Of a DNA stretch of 49,291 bases, positions 30,230 to 41,102 are shown in pieces (the first letter of the stretch is position 1; each line of letters starts with the position of its first letter). This DNA comes from Syntrophales bacterium (lineage in GTDB: Bacteria > Desulfobacterota > Syntrophia > Syntrophales > UBA4778): NCBI GenBank assembly GCA_963665615.2, contig CAXXQE010000004.1, forward strand, positions 1-49,291, in the 5' to 3' direction. The notes beneath the pieces were generated by a model that was not told the DNA's origin, did not search any database, and saw nothing but the letters and a program-made list of their open reading frames with translations. The position numbers and the translations under genes are program-made.

Positions 30230-32764
30230 TTATTTAACACGTCGAATTTGCTGAGTGCCCACTGAATGACGCGTTTTCGCCTTTTCTTCGTACATCCGTT
30301 TGTCGGCTTCCCGCATCAAAGTGCCGACACTGCAACCCCTGGGGCCCGAAGCGATACCAATCGACAGGGATAACGGCGCGTCGTGATAGGCCTTATTGTG
30401 GTTTGACAATGATCTTTTGATTCTGTACAAAACCGTTTCGGCGGACAACTGTCCTGAATCAGTCCAGATGGCTGCAAATTCATCGCCGCCAATCCGTGCC
30501 ACCACATCTTCGTGCCGAAAAACCTGCCTGATAACAGAGGCCGTCCGGCGCAACAGGTCGTCTCCGGCCCAGTGTCCGAGCGTGTCGTTGGTTTCTTTCA
30601 GAAAATCGATGTCCGCGATAAGGACATTGACAGGAAATCTGCGTCCCTGTTCAAGTCGCTTGACCTCTGCCTCGAAATAGGCACGGTTGTATAGATTGGT
30701 TAGGCTGTCATGCGTACTCAAATAGAGGAGTTGTTCCTCGGCGGTTTTTCGCTCCGTTAAATCCATAACATTGCCCAGGATGGCCCGCTTGCCGTCATAG
30801 AAAACCGATGACACCGTTTCCATCGCCCAGCGGATGGTACCGCTTTTCATCAGGATTCTAAACTCGTAAGGGGCTGTCCGTTGTCCCTTGAGCATGGCAA
30901 TGGCGTTTTCCCAGGTTGCCTTTCTGTCTTCCGGATGGACGAGGTTGATAGACTTTTGATTGATAAGCTCTTCGGAATCATACCCCACGAACTCGGCAAA
31001 TTTGGCGTTGACGTACTTATAACGGCCCTCAACCAGCAGATAAACACCGGCGAACGACTTGTCCGCCAGGGTACGGTAGAGATCCTCCCAACGTTTTCGC
31101 TCCGTGATGTCGCTCGCGACGCCGCGAACGCCGACGGTTTCGCCGTGATGATGGATGGCGTTGGTATTGATGATCATGGTGGCAATTGAGCCATCCGACT
31201 TTCTCAGAGAATACTGCCTCGGGCTTGGATCGTTGTTTTTCAGGACCCGTCTATAGTTCTCTCTCGCAATCTGCCGTTCTTCCGGCAGAATCATGTCGAA
31301 CATGGAGACCTTCTGGTCCTGTAGCAGAATTTTGCCGAAATAGTCTTGTGCCTGCCGATTGACGAAGGTCAGTGTTCCCTCGGTGTCCGCTTCAAAAACG
31401 ACCTGAGGGAGCAGGTCGGCCAATTCTCTGTACTTGCGTTCGCTTGCCCGCAGGGCCTTGTCGGAGCCGGCGCGTTTGATGGCATTGAAAAAGATTTCTC
31501 CGACGATGCGCATCAGGGAGATCATTTCTTCGGACCAGAGTCTTTTCCCTGAGTAAATTTCAAGCCCGATGATACCCATAATGATATTGTCGGACGCGAT
31601 AGGAATGTGCAGAAGGGATTGCACCCCGGCTTTTTCAAGAACGGACCGTTCAGATTTGGCTTTCTGGGGGAGCATGTCGAGATCGGGAATATGGATGATG
31701 TTGAGTTGTTTAAGCTGTTCAGAATACCATCGAAAAGCCGTATCGCTGGGGTTGAAGCGGAGACCAGCACTGTGTTGGCTCCATTGATATATGTTGGTAA
31801 ATGCACAGGCCGCCTCAGAGAACTGAGCAATATAACAACAATCGACGCCTGCGAAACACCCGATTTTTTTAAGAGCGGCCTTGATGCCCTTTTCGATTTT
31901 GTCCGAGGGCATGCTGATAAAACGTGTCGATACGTCTGTGACCAGCTTTTCAAATTGCCGATGGAAGTTGAGTTCCGTCTCGGCGAGACGTTTTTCCGTT
32001 ATATCGCGGATAACGAGGATCTTTTTTGTCGAATCTTCTTCTACCGGCGATATGTTGATCGTCACTTTACGTTCGTTCCAGAGCTCAAAGTCGCATTCAG
32101 GGGAGAACGGATTCATGTCGCACTGGCTGAATTTCCGTTTGATCTTTTTTTGTGTCCCTTTCTTGAAAAAAGTCTGAAAGTCGCAGGCCAACAATTCCAA
32201 CTCCGTCTTGCCGATAATATCGGTAGCAGCGGGGTTGACATAGAGGATGCGGCCGCTGTCCGTCACTTCGAGGACTGCCTCAGAGATGCTCGAAAGGGTC
32301 GTTTCAAGCCGGTGCTTGATCACCAACAATTCCTTCGTGATTTCTCTCGGATAAATTCCTTCTCTATCAACACCATGCGTTTTGCGGTGGGGTCTTTGCA
32401 GGAGTTGGACCATTTTGGGGGTCATCAGGTCGAAAGGCCCTTTAGCGATACAGGCATCAAAGCCCAAGCTGATATAATCGATATCTTGCTCGGCTGCGAT
32501 CGCGCTGACTAAAATAATGGTCGGTTTTCGAATCGCCTGAATTTCTCTTATTTTTCTGCAAAGCTTCCCCCCATCGATGTCAGGCATAATATAATCGATA
32601 AAGATGAAATCGGGGGCATTGGTCTTTAGGGCGTCTAGCGCCGCCAGACTGTTGTCTGCTGTCCAGACCTGATGGCCGTTTTTTTTCAGAAAACTCTTCA
32701 TCAGGCCAAGGAAGACCGGGTTGTTATCAACGACGAGAATTTTTCTATTCTGTTTTGCTGGCAT
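30230..32764 (-). CDS. REC-PAS-GAF-PAS-PAS-GGDEF diguanylate cyclase
   Basis: N-terminal receiver (IDYIMPDIDG), PAS/PAC repeats, HDSLTNLYNR, RHED I-site and GGDEF. Confidence 0.92.
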   Translation of the reverse strand: MPAKQNRKILVVDNNPVFLGLMKSFLKKNGHQVWTADNSLAALDALKTNAPDFIFIDYIMPDIDGGKLCRKIREIQAIRKPTIILVSAIAAEQDIDYISLGFDACIAKGPFDLMTPKMVQLLQRPHRKTHGVDREGIYPREITKELLVIKHRLETTLSSISEAVLEVTDSGRILYVNPAATDIIGKTELELLACDFQTFFKKGTQKKIKRKFSQCDMNPFSPECDFELWNERKVTINISPVEEDSTKKILVIRDITEKRLAETELNFHRQFEKLVTDVSTRFISMPSDKIEKGIKAALKKIGCFAGVDCCYIAQFSEAACAFTNIYQWSQHSAGLRFNPSDTAFRWYSEQLKQLNIIHIPDLDMLPQKAKSERSVLEKAGVQSLLHIPIASDNIIMGIIGLEIYSGKRLWSEEMISLMRIVGEIFFNAIKRAGSDKALRASERKYRELADLLPQVVFEADTEGTLTFVNRQAQDYFGKILLQDQKVSMFDMILPEERQIARENYRRVLKNNDPSPRQYSLRKSDGSIATMIINTNAIHHHGETVGVRGVASDITERKRWEDLYRTLADKSFAGVYLLVEGRYKYVNAKFAEFVGYDSEELINQKSINLVHPEDRKATWENAIAMLKGQRTAPYEFRILMKSGTIRWAMETVSSVFYDGKRAILGNVMDLTERKTAEEQLLYLSTHDSLTNLYNRAYFEAEVKRLEQGRRFPVNVLIADIDFLKETNDTLGHWAGDDLLRRTASVIRQVFRHEDVVARIGGDEFAAIWTDSGQLSAETVLYRIKRSLSNHNKAYHDAPLSLSIGIASGPRGCSVGTLMREADKRMYEEKAKTRHSVGTQQIRRVK

Positions 32765-33202
32765 TGCTAAAGCACCCTAAATCAGAAACGTTGAATTCAA
32801 CAGCAAGTATGTTTCCCGCATCATTTTGCGGGATAAGCGAATGAATGAGATGTCGATTCCGGGTCACTCGATCAATAATGGCCGCTTCGTGTAACATTTT
32901 ACCAGGAAAAGCCATTGTTTTATTTACCCCTTATCGGATGTTTGGGGTACAATCCTTAAGGTTTTTTTCTTTTTTTTCGTCTGTGCGCAAATACCGCGCC
33001 TTGTTTTCGAGATTTAGATGAAATCGGTAAAGATATCGGGAGGATTATAGGGGCCCAAGATTGTCATGGCGGTTTCTGAATTCTTCAGTGAGCGCATGCC
33101 CCGTGGCCTACCGCCGGGTAACCGAGAGAATCAGGACTAAACATTTTCCTTGGGAATCGGAGACTCGCCGGGTTTGCTCCGGTGAGTCTCCGATAGGGAC
33201 AT

Positions 33203-33235
33203 AAAAAAGGAGCGCCCTTGCTCAAAGGCGCTCCT
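33203..33235 (-). terminator. Intrinsic terminator after the FmdB-like gene
   Basis: Minus strand AGGAGCGCC...GGCGCTCC followed by TTTTTT; a second hairpin lies at 33156-33194. Confidence 0.7.
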
Positions 33236-33257
33236 CGGCACGTGTTTCGTATCAATG

Positions 33258-33548
33258 TCAGTCGTCGTTATTGGCAGGCGTCGCGTTACAGGATGTGCCT
33301 GTCTCCGCGCTCGAACAGGAAGCACATTTATCAGATGAGCCTTTTTCGGTTTCAACGGCCGGGGCCTTCTTGCCGCCGTAATCGGTAACGTACCAGCCGC
33401 CCCCCTTTAAGTGAAATGTCGTCATCGATATCTGCTTTCTGACCCGACCTTTGCAAAAAATACATTTTCTCGCTTCAGGGTCGGAGATTTTCTGAAAAAG
33501 CTCAAAGCTCTTTCCGCAACTATCACACTTGTATTCGTAGACCGGCAT
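33258..33548 (-). CDS. FmdB family zinc-ribbon protein
   Basis: MPVYEYKCDSCG...C..C...FHLKGGGWYVTDY signature. Confidence 0.9.
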   Translation of the reverse strand: MPVYEYKCDSCGKSFELFQKISDPEARKCIFCKGRVRKQISMTTFHLKGGGWYVTDYGGKKAPAVETEKGSSDKCASCSSAETGTSCNATPANNDD

Positions 33549-33591
33549 CGCTTAAACCTCCAATGCGTTTTTCTCTAATAGTTAAATATGA

Positions 33592-34107
33592 TTAATGAGC
33601 AGTAATCCTAAAAGCACTGCTGAAACAGTCCAAAATGAGACCGAAGTCATTTTTACTTTGCGCCTTCAGAAGGTTGTGCGTAATGGTGTGAACCCGCTCT
33701 TCCTCACGGTCTTTTTCTTCGGGCGGCGCATCGAAATCACTTTCTCCACGATCGAACCGAACGACATGAACCAGTTCGTGGGCCAGGATATAAATCAGTA
33801 GCGGATACAATTTAATGAACGTTTTGCCTCGTTCGACCGCATCAAGGATCCTATCATCCTGAAGGCAAATTCTATAAAAGAACCTGTCGGTCTGTCCGAG
33901 GACTGCATAATCTTCTGAACAGTATCTGCAGAGGTGCGCGAAAGCGTCCTTACTGATTTCATCATCACGAAGGGTCGCCAGAGTACACAACTCGTATCGG
34001 CTGTAAGGCCAATCCACGCCCTGAGTCCCGAAAAAGGCCCGAACCATTGTTTCGGCCGATTCAAAGGCTTTGACGACCAAGTCTCTCTGATCTTTCGAAA
34101 AATACAT
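33592..34107 (-). CDS. Hypothetical protein with HExxH motif
   Basis: 171-aa ORF containing YILAHELVHVVRF and a downstream acidic EEE. Confidence 0.75.
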   Translation of the reverse strand: MYFSKDQRDLVVKAFESAETMVRAFFGTQGVDWPYSRYELCTLATLRDDEISKDAFAHLCRYCSEDYAVLGQTDRFFYRICLQDDRILDAVERGKTFIKLYPLLIYILAHELVHVVRFDRGESDFDAPPEEKDREEERVHTITHNLLKAQSKNDFGLILDCFSSAFRITAH

Positions 34108-34687
34108 TGATTAACCTTAATCTCAAGATCCGGCCGTAATATAGATGCTTTTTGAAAATTGTCAAGACTGCCTCCAAACTTCTGCCCTGGAGAGGATTTG
34201 CCATAGGGGCATGAGGGGAAGCAAAAGCGGGTTCAAAAGGGTATTTGAGGAAGGAGTCATGTAAAACACTCCGTAACTTATTCGAAATTTTTTTGATTCC
34301 GTTTGACTTAAAACGGTGATACATGCTACATGGCGACATGTGACTGATATTCCTCTGTGTTTTCTATGTCAACCTGTCAAAACAACTGAGTACGACTTGT
34401 AAGCACGGAAGACACTGACGGCGACCTTGCGGATAGGTTTATCGTGTCATCTTGCCCTGACAGGGTGAAGAGAAAATATTTGATTTATGAGTAATTAGCA
34501 CCTGTAAGACGGATATGGCGTCAACATAGACGCGACGATCCATGGGCAGAACCTCTTTCACAAATGGATTGGGTCTATGCTGACGGCCAAGTAACAGATT
34601 TTTTTGATTTTAAAGCTTCCTGTTAAGGCCGCCTTCGGAGACGAAGCAAAAGAATACGAATAAAAATAATAACAAGCGGAGGTAAAA

Positions 34688-35833
34688 ATGGATTTTATAT
34701 TGAGTGAAGAACAGCGAATGCTTAAAGATACGGTAGCGCGGATTGCGGGGCGCTATTTTGCCCCCATCGCAGCGGAAGTCGATGAACAGGAGCGTTTTCC
34801 GAGCGAGTCTGTCAAGGTGCTCACGGAGAACGGCCTTCTGGGGGTCAATATTCCGGAAGAATACGGTGGTGTGGGCGCGGGTACGGTGGGTTTGTGTCTC
34901 GTCGAGGAAGAGATCGCCAAGGTCTGCTGCTCGACGGGGGTTATTTTGACGACCCAGGCGCTGGCGTCTGATCCGATGTTGCTGGCGGGCAGCGATGAGA
35001 TCAAGCAGAATTACCTTTACCGACTGGCTTCCGGCGAATGCCTGGGTGCCTGCGGGATTACCGAGCCGGGCGCGGGTTCCGACGTGGCGGGGATGAAGAC
35101 GACGGCGACGAAGGTTGACGGCGGATACATTCTCAACGGTTCCAAGATTTTCATTACCGACGGTGGCGAGTCCGAGATCATCACGGTGGTGTGCTACACG
35201 GACAAGAGCAAGGGCAACAAGGGCATCAGCCTCCTGATCATAGAGAAGGGCGAGAAGGGCTTGACGATCGGCAAGAAGGAACACAAGCTGGGTCTTCACG
35301 GTTCGGATACGCGGGAGTTGGTCTTTGAGGACATGTTTGTTCCCGAGAACCGCCTGATCGGGGCAGAGGGCACCGGATTCAAGACCCTGATGGAGACATT
35401 CAACTACACGCGTCCGGCGGTCGGGGCGCAGGCACTGGGTATTGCCGAAGGGGCGATGAATGCGGCGATCGCCTACGCCAAGGAGCGAGTCCAGTTCGGC
35501 AAAGCGCTGTCGTCGTTCCAGGGGATGCAGTGGATGCTGGCTGAGATGGCGCTTCAGGTGGAGACGGCGCGATCGATGGTTTACCGTGCGGCCTCGACGA
35601 TAGACAACGAGCCGGATTCGCTGGAGATTCCGAAGCTGTCGTCGATGGCGAAGTGGTACGCCTCCGACGTGGCGATGAAGGTGACGACCGATGCGGTACA
35701 GGTGTTCGGGGGTTACGGTTACAGCCGGGAGTATCCGGTTGAGCGCATGATGCGCGATGCGAAGATCACGCAGATTTATGAAGGGACGAATCAGATTCAG
35801 CGGATCATTATCGCCAACCAGATCCTGCGATAG
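34688..35833 (+). CDS. Acyl-CoA dehydrogenase
   Basis: TEPGAGSD, NGSKIFIT, RVQFGK, GGYGY and IYEGTNQIQR (catalytic Glu retained). Confidence 0.95.
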   Translation: MDFILSEEQRMLKDTVARIAGRYFAPIAAEVDEQERFPSESVKVLTENGLLGVNIPEEYGGVGAGTVGLCLVEEEIAKVCCSTGVILTTQALASDPMLLAGSDEIKQNYLYRLASGECLGACGITEPGAGSDVAGMKTTATKVDGGYILNGSKIFITDGGESEIITVVCYTDKSKGNKGISLLIIEKGEKGLTIGKKEHKLGLHGSDTRELVFEDMFVPENRLIGAEGTGFKTLMETFNYTRPAVGAQALGIAEGAMNAAIAYAKERVQFGKALSSFQGMQWMLAEMALQVETARSMVYRAASTIDNEPDSLEIPKLSSMAKWYASDVAMKVTTDAVQVFGGYGYSREYPVERMMRDAKITQIYEGTNQIQRIIIANQILR

Positions 35834-35931
35834 GAAATGGCTGATATTCAGAAAGTTGATGTGCTATGATTCGGACGGAAGAAAACGGTATTTTCCTTTC
35901 GTCCGAATCTTAATTTATTGGAGAATGAAAG

Positions 35932-36846
35932 ATGAGACTGACTACAGAGGGGATGATCGGCGACCGGATCTCGATTGCCGGACATCCGATCTATCCAGGG
36001 TATTTGATACAGGGCGGCAAAAAAAATCTCATGATTGAAGCCGGACTGAATATGATGGGACCGGTTTATCAGAAAGCCATTCGATCCCTTTGGGGGGATG
36101 AAAACAGGCTTGACTATCTCTTTGTGACGCACGGGCATTACGATCATATCGGCGCACTGCCCTATCTCAAGCGAAACATACCCGGATTGGAGTTGCGTGC
36201 CCATAAGGCGACGGGGCCACTGCTCGATAAAGAAAAGGTACTTCAAGTGATGAATTTTCTGAGTCGACAGACCTGTGAGTACTTCGAAGAGCTTCGAGGG
36301 GGTGTCCCGGAGGATGTTGAGATTCGCCCAGTGGTTTTTGGTGAGCCGCTCAAGGATGGCGATACCGTCGATTTGGGTGAGTTACATTGTGAGGTATTTG
36401 AAACCCCTGGTCACACACAGGATCACCTGTCTTTTTTTCTTGCAGAGGAGGGCATCCTTTTCCCCGGAGAGGCTTTGGGCAACCCGATCATGCAGACAGA
36501 GAACGAGGTCAAGGTTGAATTCCTGACATCGTACTCAAATTATTTGGCTTCAATCGAAAAGTTGCTGCGGTTGGTTCCTCGTGTGAAAATCATTGCCATG
36601 TCCCACCTTTATTACTATACGGGCGATCATGTCCCCCGTTTCATGGAACTAGCTCTGCGGGATACGGTTCGTTACAAGGCGCTGATCGACAGCTATCTGG
36701 ACATGGAACATGGGGATGTTGAGAAGGCGGCGGCAACCATGCTGCGTATAGAGTATGATGAAAAAGGCGCTGTTTACCAGGAACGCAACGCCTATGCAAC
36801 GAACCTGGCAGCCCAGGTTAAAGCCGTGGCGGCGCTTCGGAGTTAG
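35932..36846 (+). CDS. MBL-fold metallo-hydrolase
   Basis: THGHYDHIG and TPGHT motifs. Confidence 0.9.
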   Translation: MRLTTEGMIGDRISIAGHPIYPGYLIQGGKKNLMIEAGLNMMGPVYQKAIRSLWGDENRLDYLFVTHGHYDHIGALPYLKRNIPGLELRAHKATGPLLDKEKVLQVMNFLSRQTCEYFEELRGGVPEDVEIRPVVFGEPLKDGDTVDLGELHCEVFETPGHTQDHLSFFLAEEGILFPGEALGNPIMQTENEVKVEFLTSYSNYLASIEKLLRLVPRVKIIAMSHLYYYTGDHVPRFMELALRDTVRYKALIDSYLDMEHGDVEKAAATMLRIEYDEKGAVYQERNAYATNLAAQVKAVAALRS

Positions 36847-36981
36847 ATGGCGGATGAAAGACAAAAGACTTTAGCCGTCAGTTAGATAAAACACCAAGCA
36901 GTCGAGAAGATAAGAGGTTGAGACGTTAAGTAAAGACTGGACGTAACCTCTATCTTCTCAACTTTTTTAGCCGGAGGGGTT

Positions 36982-37407
36982 ATGCAGTACTGGAAAAATT
37001 CGGAAGAGCCATTGACGGCTTTTATCAAACTCTTTGAAACCTGTGCTTATGACCCCGAAATCGCAGGCGCCTTCAAGACTCTCAATCAGATCATCTTATA
37101 CGACTACTCACAGAGTGCCCCTAATTGTAAGATCTGGATGGATACCCGCAATAATCAGTTCTCTTATGGTACAGGCGATCCGCCTGGTTTACCCGATCTT
37201 ATCGTCAGTCTGTCGGCTGACGATGCCCATCTGGCCTGGCTCGGCAGTCTCAATGTTATTATGGCGGTGATGCGTGGCAAAATTCGTGTCGAAGGCTCGA
37301 CGTCCGGCCTGCTTAAACTGGCGTCGAAGATGAAAAAGATCGCTGGTCTCTACGCCGATGTTCTTTTAGGGCTCGGTATGGAAGATAAAATCGAAAAAAG
37401 TCATTGA
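36982..37407 (+). CDS. SCP2 sterol/lipid-binding domain protein
   Basis: PDLIVSLSADDAHLAWLGSLNVIMAVMRGKIRVEG is a typical SCP2 C-terminal pattern. Confidence 0.8.
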   Translation: MQYWKNSEEPLTAFIKLFETCAYDPEIAGAFKTLNQIILYDYSQSAPNCKIWMDTRNNQFSYGTGDPPGLPDLIVSLSADDAHLAWLGSLNVIMAVMRGKIRVEGSTSGLLKLASKMKKIAGLYADVLLGLGMEDKIEKSH

Positions 37408-38239
37408 TGACTCACTCGTGAGTAACAGATCATTGTCGAGTTGAGGCCGGCATGTCGCTTCTGACAGAATTTGAAAATGAGGCGAAATAGTATCTCAATT
37501 CAGTCAATTACAATTAGATCGTCGTGGCTTATCCCGGTGTGAAAAAAGCTCAGGCGGCATTCCGGGAAGATGATTTCATTTGCCAATAAGCTGAGGGTTA
37601 TCGACCTGATTTTTTTAACTTATTAAATTCATTAAGATATATTAATAAAATGCCTGTATCGCTACTCGCTATAGGTACGACATGTATTTCCGGCAAATAT
37701 TGGGATCTTTTTGGGGGGATAAATAAGAAAAAAAACTTGCTGTGAAATGCGAAACATGCGAAAACATGAAACAGCTTCTTGGAGTAGCGAGCGTGGGACG
37801 CTTTGCAGAACTGAGTTGACCGGTTATTGTTAATATAACTTTCGAAAATAATTGAAAAGTTTTCGTGGGTTCAGTGTGCAAGGCTGATGAATCAACGAAA
37901 GAATCCCTTATGTGTTAGGGGTTCCAGGTTGACGTCGATACCGGGATGGAGCATTTCATTGACGGTGTTGGTATCAAGGATGTCAAGGCCAGTACCTTTT
38001 GGCCCTGTTATTGATAGAGATTAAAAAGGGAATCATCCTGGATATCACGAGTTTTATACCTGCCTTAAATAAGGTGTTGTCCATGAACATGCTCAGCCTG
38101 TCGAACCCATCGGCGGGCTGAGTGCATTCAGGGCTCAGTAAATTTGTTACAAGGGCACATGGCTTATAGCGATGTCACCCTAGTTGTTTGAGCAAAGAAC
38201 TGAAAGGGAAAATGAAAGGGAGAATGAAAGGAAAAAACT

Positions 38240-39463
38240 ATGAGTGCAAATGATGTTGTCGTAGTGAGTGCTGCGCGCACTCCCTTTGGAAAGTTTGATG
38301 GTGTTCTTAAGACCGTCCGGAGTTTTGATCTGGCCATTCCGGTTTTGCAGGAAGTGACCAAGCGGATCAATCTGGACCCTAAGGATGTAGATGAAGTGTA
38401 TTATGGGACCTGTATCCCCGCCGAGTATGCGATTTTGACCAACGTGCCGGCTCGCCAGATTACCCTGGGCGCCGGATTTCCGGAAGAGAACGTTTCTCTG
38501 ACCCTCGATCGCGCCTGCTGCTCTTCGATGACGGCGCTGCGTCTTGGCTTCCGTGCGATCAAGTCGGGTGATGCAGAGGTGGTTATTGCTTCCGGCGCCG
38601 AGAACATGGGGAATGCCGCCCTGATCGCGTCAGCCGAAAAGGTTCGCTGGGGCAACCGAATGGGGCCGATTGCGCTGGAGGACGTGCTGTTCGAGTTGGG
38701 CTATAGCCGCAGGGGCTTTGCGCCCGTTGCGACCGATGCCGGTCATGTGGCCGTCGAATATGGCGTGTCCCGTGAAGTGCAGGACGACTGGGCGCTCAAG
38801 AGCCATCAGAAATGGTTCAAGGCCTTCCAGGCCGGCAAGTTCAAGATCGGTGAAGAGCTGATGAAACTCGAGATTGCCCAGAAGAAGGGTGATCCGATCG
38901 TTATGGAGAAGGACGAATCTCCGAGGGAGAACCTGTCGCCTGAAAAAATGGCGGCGCTGAAACCCGTTTACGGAAGCCCGACGGTTACGGCGGCCAATGC
39001 TCCCGGTCTCAATTCCGGCGCCTCGGCCATCGTGCTGATGTCCCGCAAGAAGGCGGAAAGCATGGGTATGAAAATCCTGGCGACCATTGAGGCCTGTCAG
39101 GCTGCAGCGGGTACCCCGAAGTATATGGCCTGCGTTCCGGCCCAGACCATTGATAAGATGCTGGTAAAGGCGGGCAAGACCATCGATGATGTCAATCTGA
39201 TTGAGATCAACGAGGCCTTTGCGGCGGTGACCCTGGTGTCTCTCAAGATGCTGGCCAAGGACGATCCCAAGAAGTGGCAGGAACTGATGGATAAAACCAA
39301 TGTGAACGGCGGCGCCATCGCCATCGGGCATCCGGTCGGCGCCAGCGGTGCTCGCATCACAATGACCATGATGTATGAGTTGATGCGTCGCGGAGGCGGC
39401 CGAGCTGTTGCGGCCATCTGCGGCGGTCTATCACAGGGCGAAGCCCTAATGCTTAGCGTATAA
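38240..39463 (+). CDS. Thiolase (acetyl-CoA C-acyltransferase) with complete catalytic set
   Basis: RTPFG, DRACCSS nucleophile, NEAF, GHPVGASG and AAICGG motifs. Confidence 0.93.
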   Translation: MSANDVVVVSAARTPFGKFDGVLKTVRSFDLAIPVLQEVTKRINLDPKDVDEVYYGTCIPAEYAILTNVPARQITLGAGFPEENVSLTLDRACCSSMTALRLGFRAIKSGDAEVVIASGAENMGNAALIASAEKVRWGNRMGPIALEDVLFELGYSRRGFAPVATDAGHVAVEYGVSREVQDDWALKSHQKWFKAFQAGKFKIGEELMKLEIAQKKGDPIVMEKDESPRENLSPEKMAALKPVYGSPTVTAANAPGLNSGASAIVLMSRKKAESMGMKILATIEACQAAAGTPKYMACVPAQTIDKMLVKAGKTIDDVNLIEINEAFAAVTLVSLKMLAKDDPKKWQELMDKTNVNGGAIAIGHPVGASGARITMTMMYELMRRGGGRAVAAICGGLSQGEALMLSV

Positions 39464-39475
39464 CAGGAGGTAACT

Positions 39476-39931
39476 ATGTCGGAGTGGTTGAAAGACGTGG
39501 AGCCGTTGGTTCTGAAAGGCCAGATTGCGGTTCCATATACCTGGGATGCAGGAGAAGTCGGCAGTAAATTTTTGATTTCTCTCCGAGACGATCAAAAAAT
39601 TCTCGGGACGAAGTGCAGCAAGTGCGGGACGGTCTATGTGCCGGGTCGCAAGACGTGTGGACGCTGCTTTGTAGATATGACGGAGTGGGTCAACATCGCG
39701 GATGAGGGCGTTATTGAGGCTTATACGATCGTGCATTATTCTTATGCCGTGCAGCCGGTTCAAGCCCCCTTTGCGTATGCCTTGATTAAACTGGACGGGG
39801 CCGATGTCGGCTTCCTTCACTTGATCAAGAAGGACCTGGATAAACTGAAGAACGGCCTCAGAGTGAAGGCCAAATTTAAGGCGGAGCGCACAGGGTCTAT
39901 CCTGGATATCGACTCCTTCGAGCTCATTTAG
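39476..39931 (+). CDS. Zn-ribbon OB-fold protein (DUF35/ChsH2-like)
   Basis: CSKCGTVYVPGRKTCGRC followed by an OB fold. Confidence 0.9.
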   Translation: MSEWLKDVEPLVLKGQIAVPYTWDAGEVGSKFLISLRDDQKILGTKCSKCGTVYVPGRKTCGRCFVDMTEWVNIADEGVIEAYTIVHYSYAVQPVQAPFAYALIKLDGADVGFLHLIKKDLDKLKNGLRVKAKFKAERTGSILDIDSFELI

Positions 39932-39951
39932 CGCGCGTGGAGGAAAATTAT

Positions 39952-41094
39952 ATGGATAAAGTAGCAATAGTAGGTGTGGCGCAGACCAAGTACGAAAGAA
40001 GAAAAAAAGACCAGATCTTTGCCGACATGGTGTTTGATGTCGCCAGGGCGGCACTGGACGATGCAGGTCTTACCATGGACGATATTGATAACGTGGTGAC
40101 TTGCTCCAACGATTTTTATGACGGCCGGACCATTTCCGGCATGGCCGTCGGCGACGCCGCCGGCGCAGAGGACAAGAACGTGTCCACCGTTTCCGGCGAC
40201 GGGACATTCGGCGCTTTTTATGGCCTTATGCGTGTCCTCTCCGGATACAAGGCCGCCATTGTCGTCGCCCATTACAAGGGCAGTGAAGGCAATGTCAAAA
40301 TCACCACCAATGGCCAGTTCGATCCTATCTTCCATCGTCTTCTCGGGATCGAGGCTGTTTCGGCGGCGGCGCTTCAGGCCAATGCCTATATGACCAGATA
40401 CGGGATCAGCGAAGAGGACATCGCAAAAGTATCGGTAAAGAATCATGGCAATGCGAAAAACAATCCCTTTGCCCAGCTTCCGATGGATATTACCGTGGCT
40501 GATGTCATGAAATCAAAGAAGATTGCCGAACCGTTGAAACTCCTCGATTGCTGTCCCAACAGCGACGGGGCTGCGGCGATTATTCTCGTCAACGAGGAAA
40601 TGGCCGGAAAATGTAAAAAGAAACCCGTCTGGGTCAAGGGCGTTTCGAGCTGCTGCGAGGATTACTATCTTGGGGATCGCGATCTTGCCAACCCGGTCGC
40701 TCTGCGGGCCGCTGCCAAGCGGGCCTACGAGATGGCCGGCATCAAGGATCCGATGGCCGAGATCCAGGTGGCCGAAGTGCTTGAGCCGTTCAGCTACATG
40801 GAACCCCTGTGGCTGGAAGGGCTCGGTTTCTGCGAAGCCGGTGCAGGGCATAAACTGATCGATAAGGGCGTGACCGTGATGGGCGGTAAACTTCCGGTCA
40901 ATCCGTCGGGCGGTGCATTGTCTGCAAACCCAGTGCTGGTCGCAGGGATGGCAAGATTGATCGAAAGCGTGCTCCAAGTCCGCGGCGAAGCGGGCGCAAG
41001 GCAGGTGAAAAATGTCAACACCGCGCTCGCACAAGGCTACAACGGACCCTGCGGTCAGAGCCAATGCGTGTGGATTGTTAGCGGAAACAAGTGA
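39952..41094 (+). CDS. Thiolase-fold (SCP-x/Ltp4-like) protein lacking the nucleophile Cys
   Basis: VAIVGVAQT, KNHGNA.NNP, SDGAAA and VNPSGG; nucleophile region reads TVSGDGTFG. Confidence 0.85.
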   Translation: MDKVAIVGVAQTKYERRKKDQIFADMVFDVARAALDDAGLTMDDIDNVVTCSNDFYDGRTISGMAVGDAAGAEDKNVSTVSGDGTFGAFYGLMRVLSGYKAAIVVAHYKGSEGNVKITTNGQFDPIFHRLLGIEAVSAAALQANAYMTRYGISEEDIAKVSVKNHGNAKNNPFAQLPMDITVADVMKSKKIAEPLKLLDCCPNSDGAAAIILVNEEMAGKCKKKPVWVKGVSSCCEDYYLGDRDLANPVALRAAAKRAYEMAGIKDPMAEIQVAEVLEPFSYMEPLWLEGLGFCEAGAGHKLIDKGVTVMGGKLPVNPSGGALSANPVLVAGMARLIESVLQVRGEAGARQVKNVNTALAQGYNGPCGQSQCVWIVSGNK

Positions 41095-41102
41095 GGTGAC
41101 AC

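Noticed and set aside
34688..35833. Specific assignment as cyclohexene/cyclohexane-carboxyl-CoA dehydrogenase
   Set aside because: It retains the standard IYEG catalytic Glu, and substrate cannot be fixed without phylogeny.
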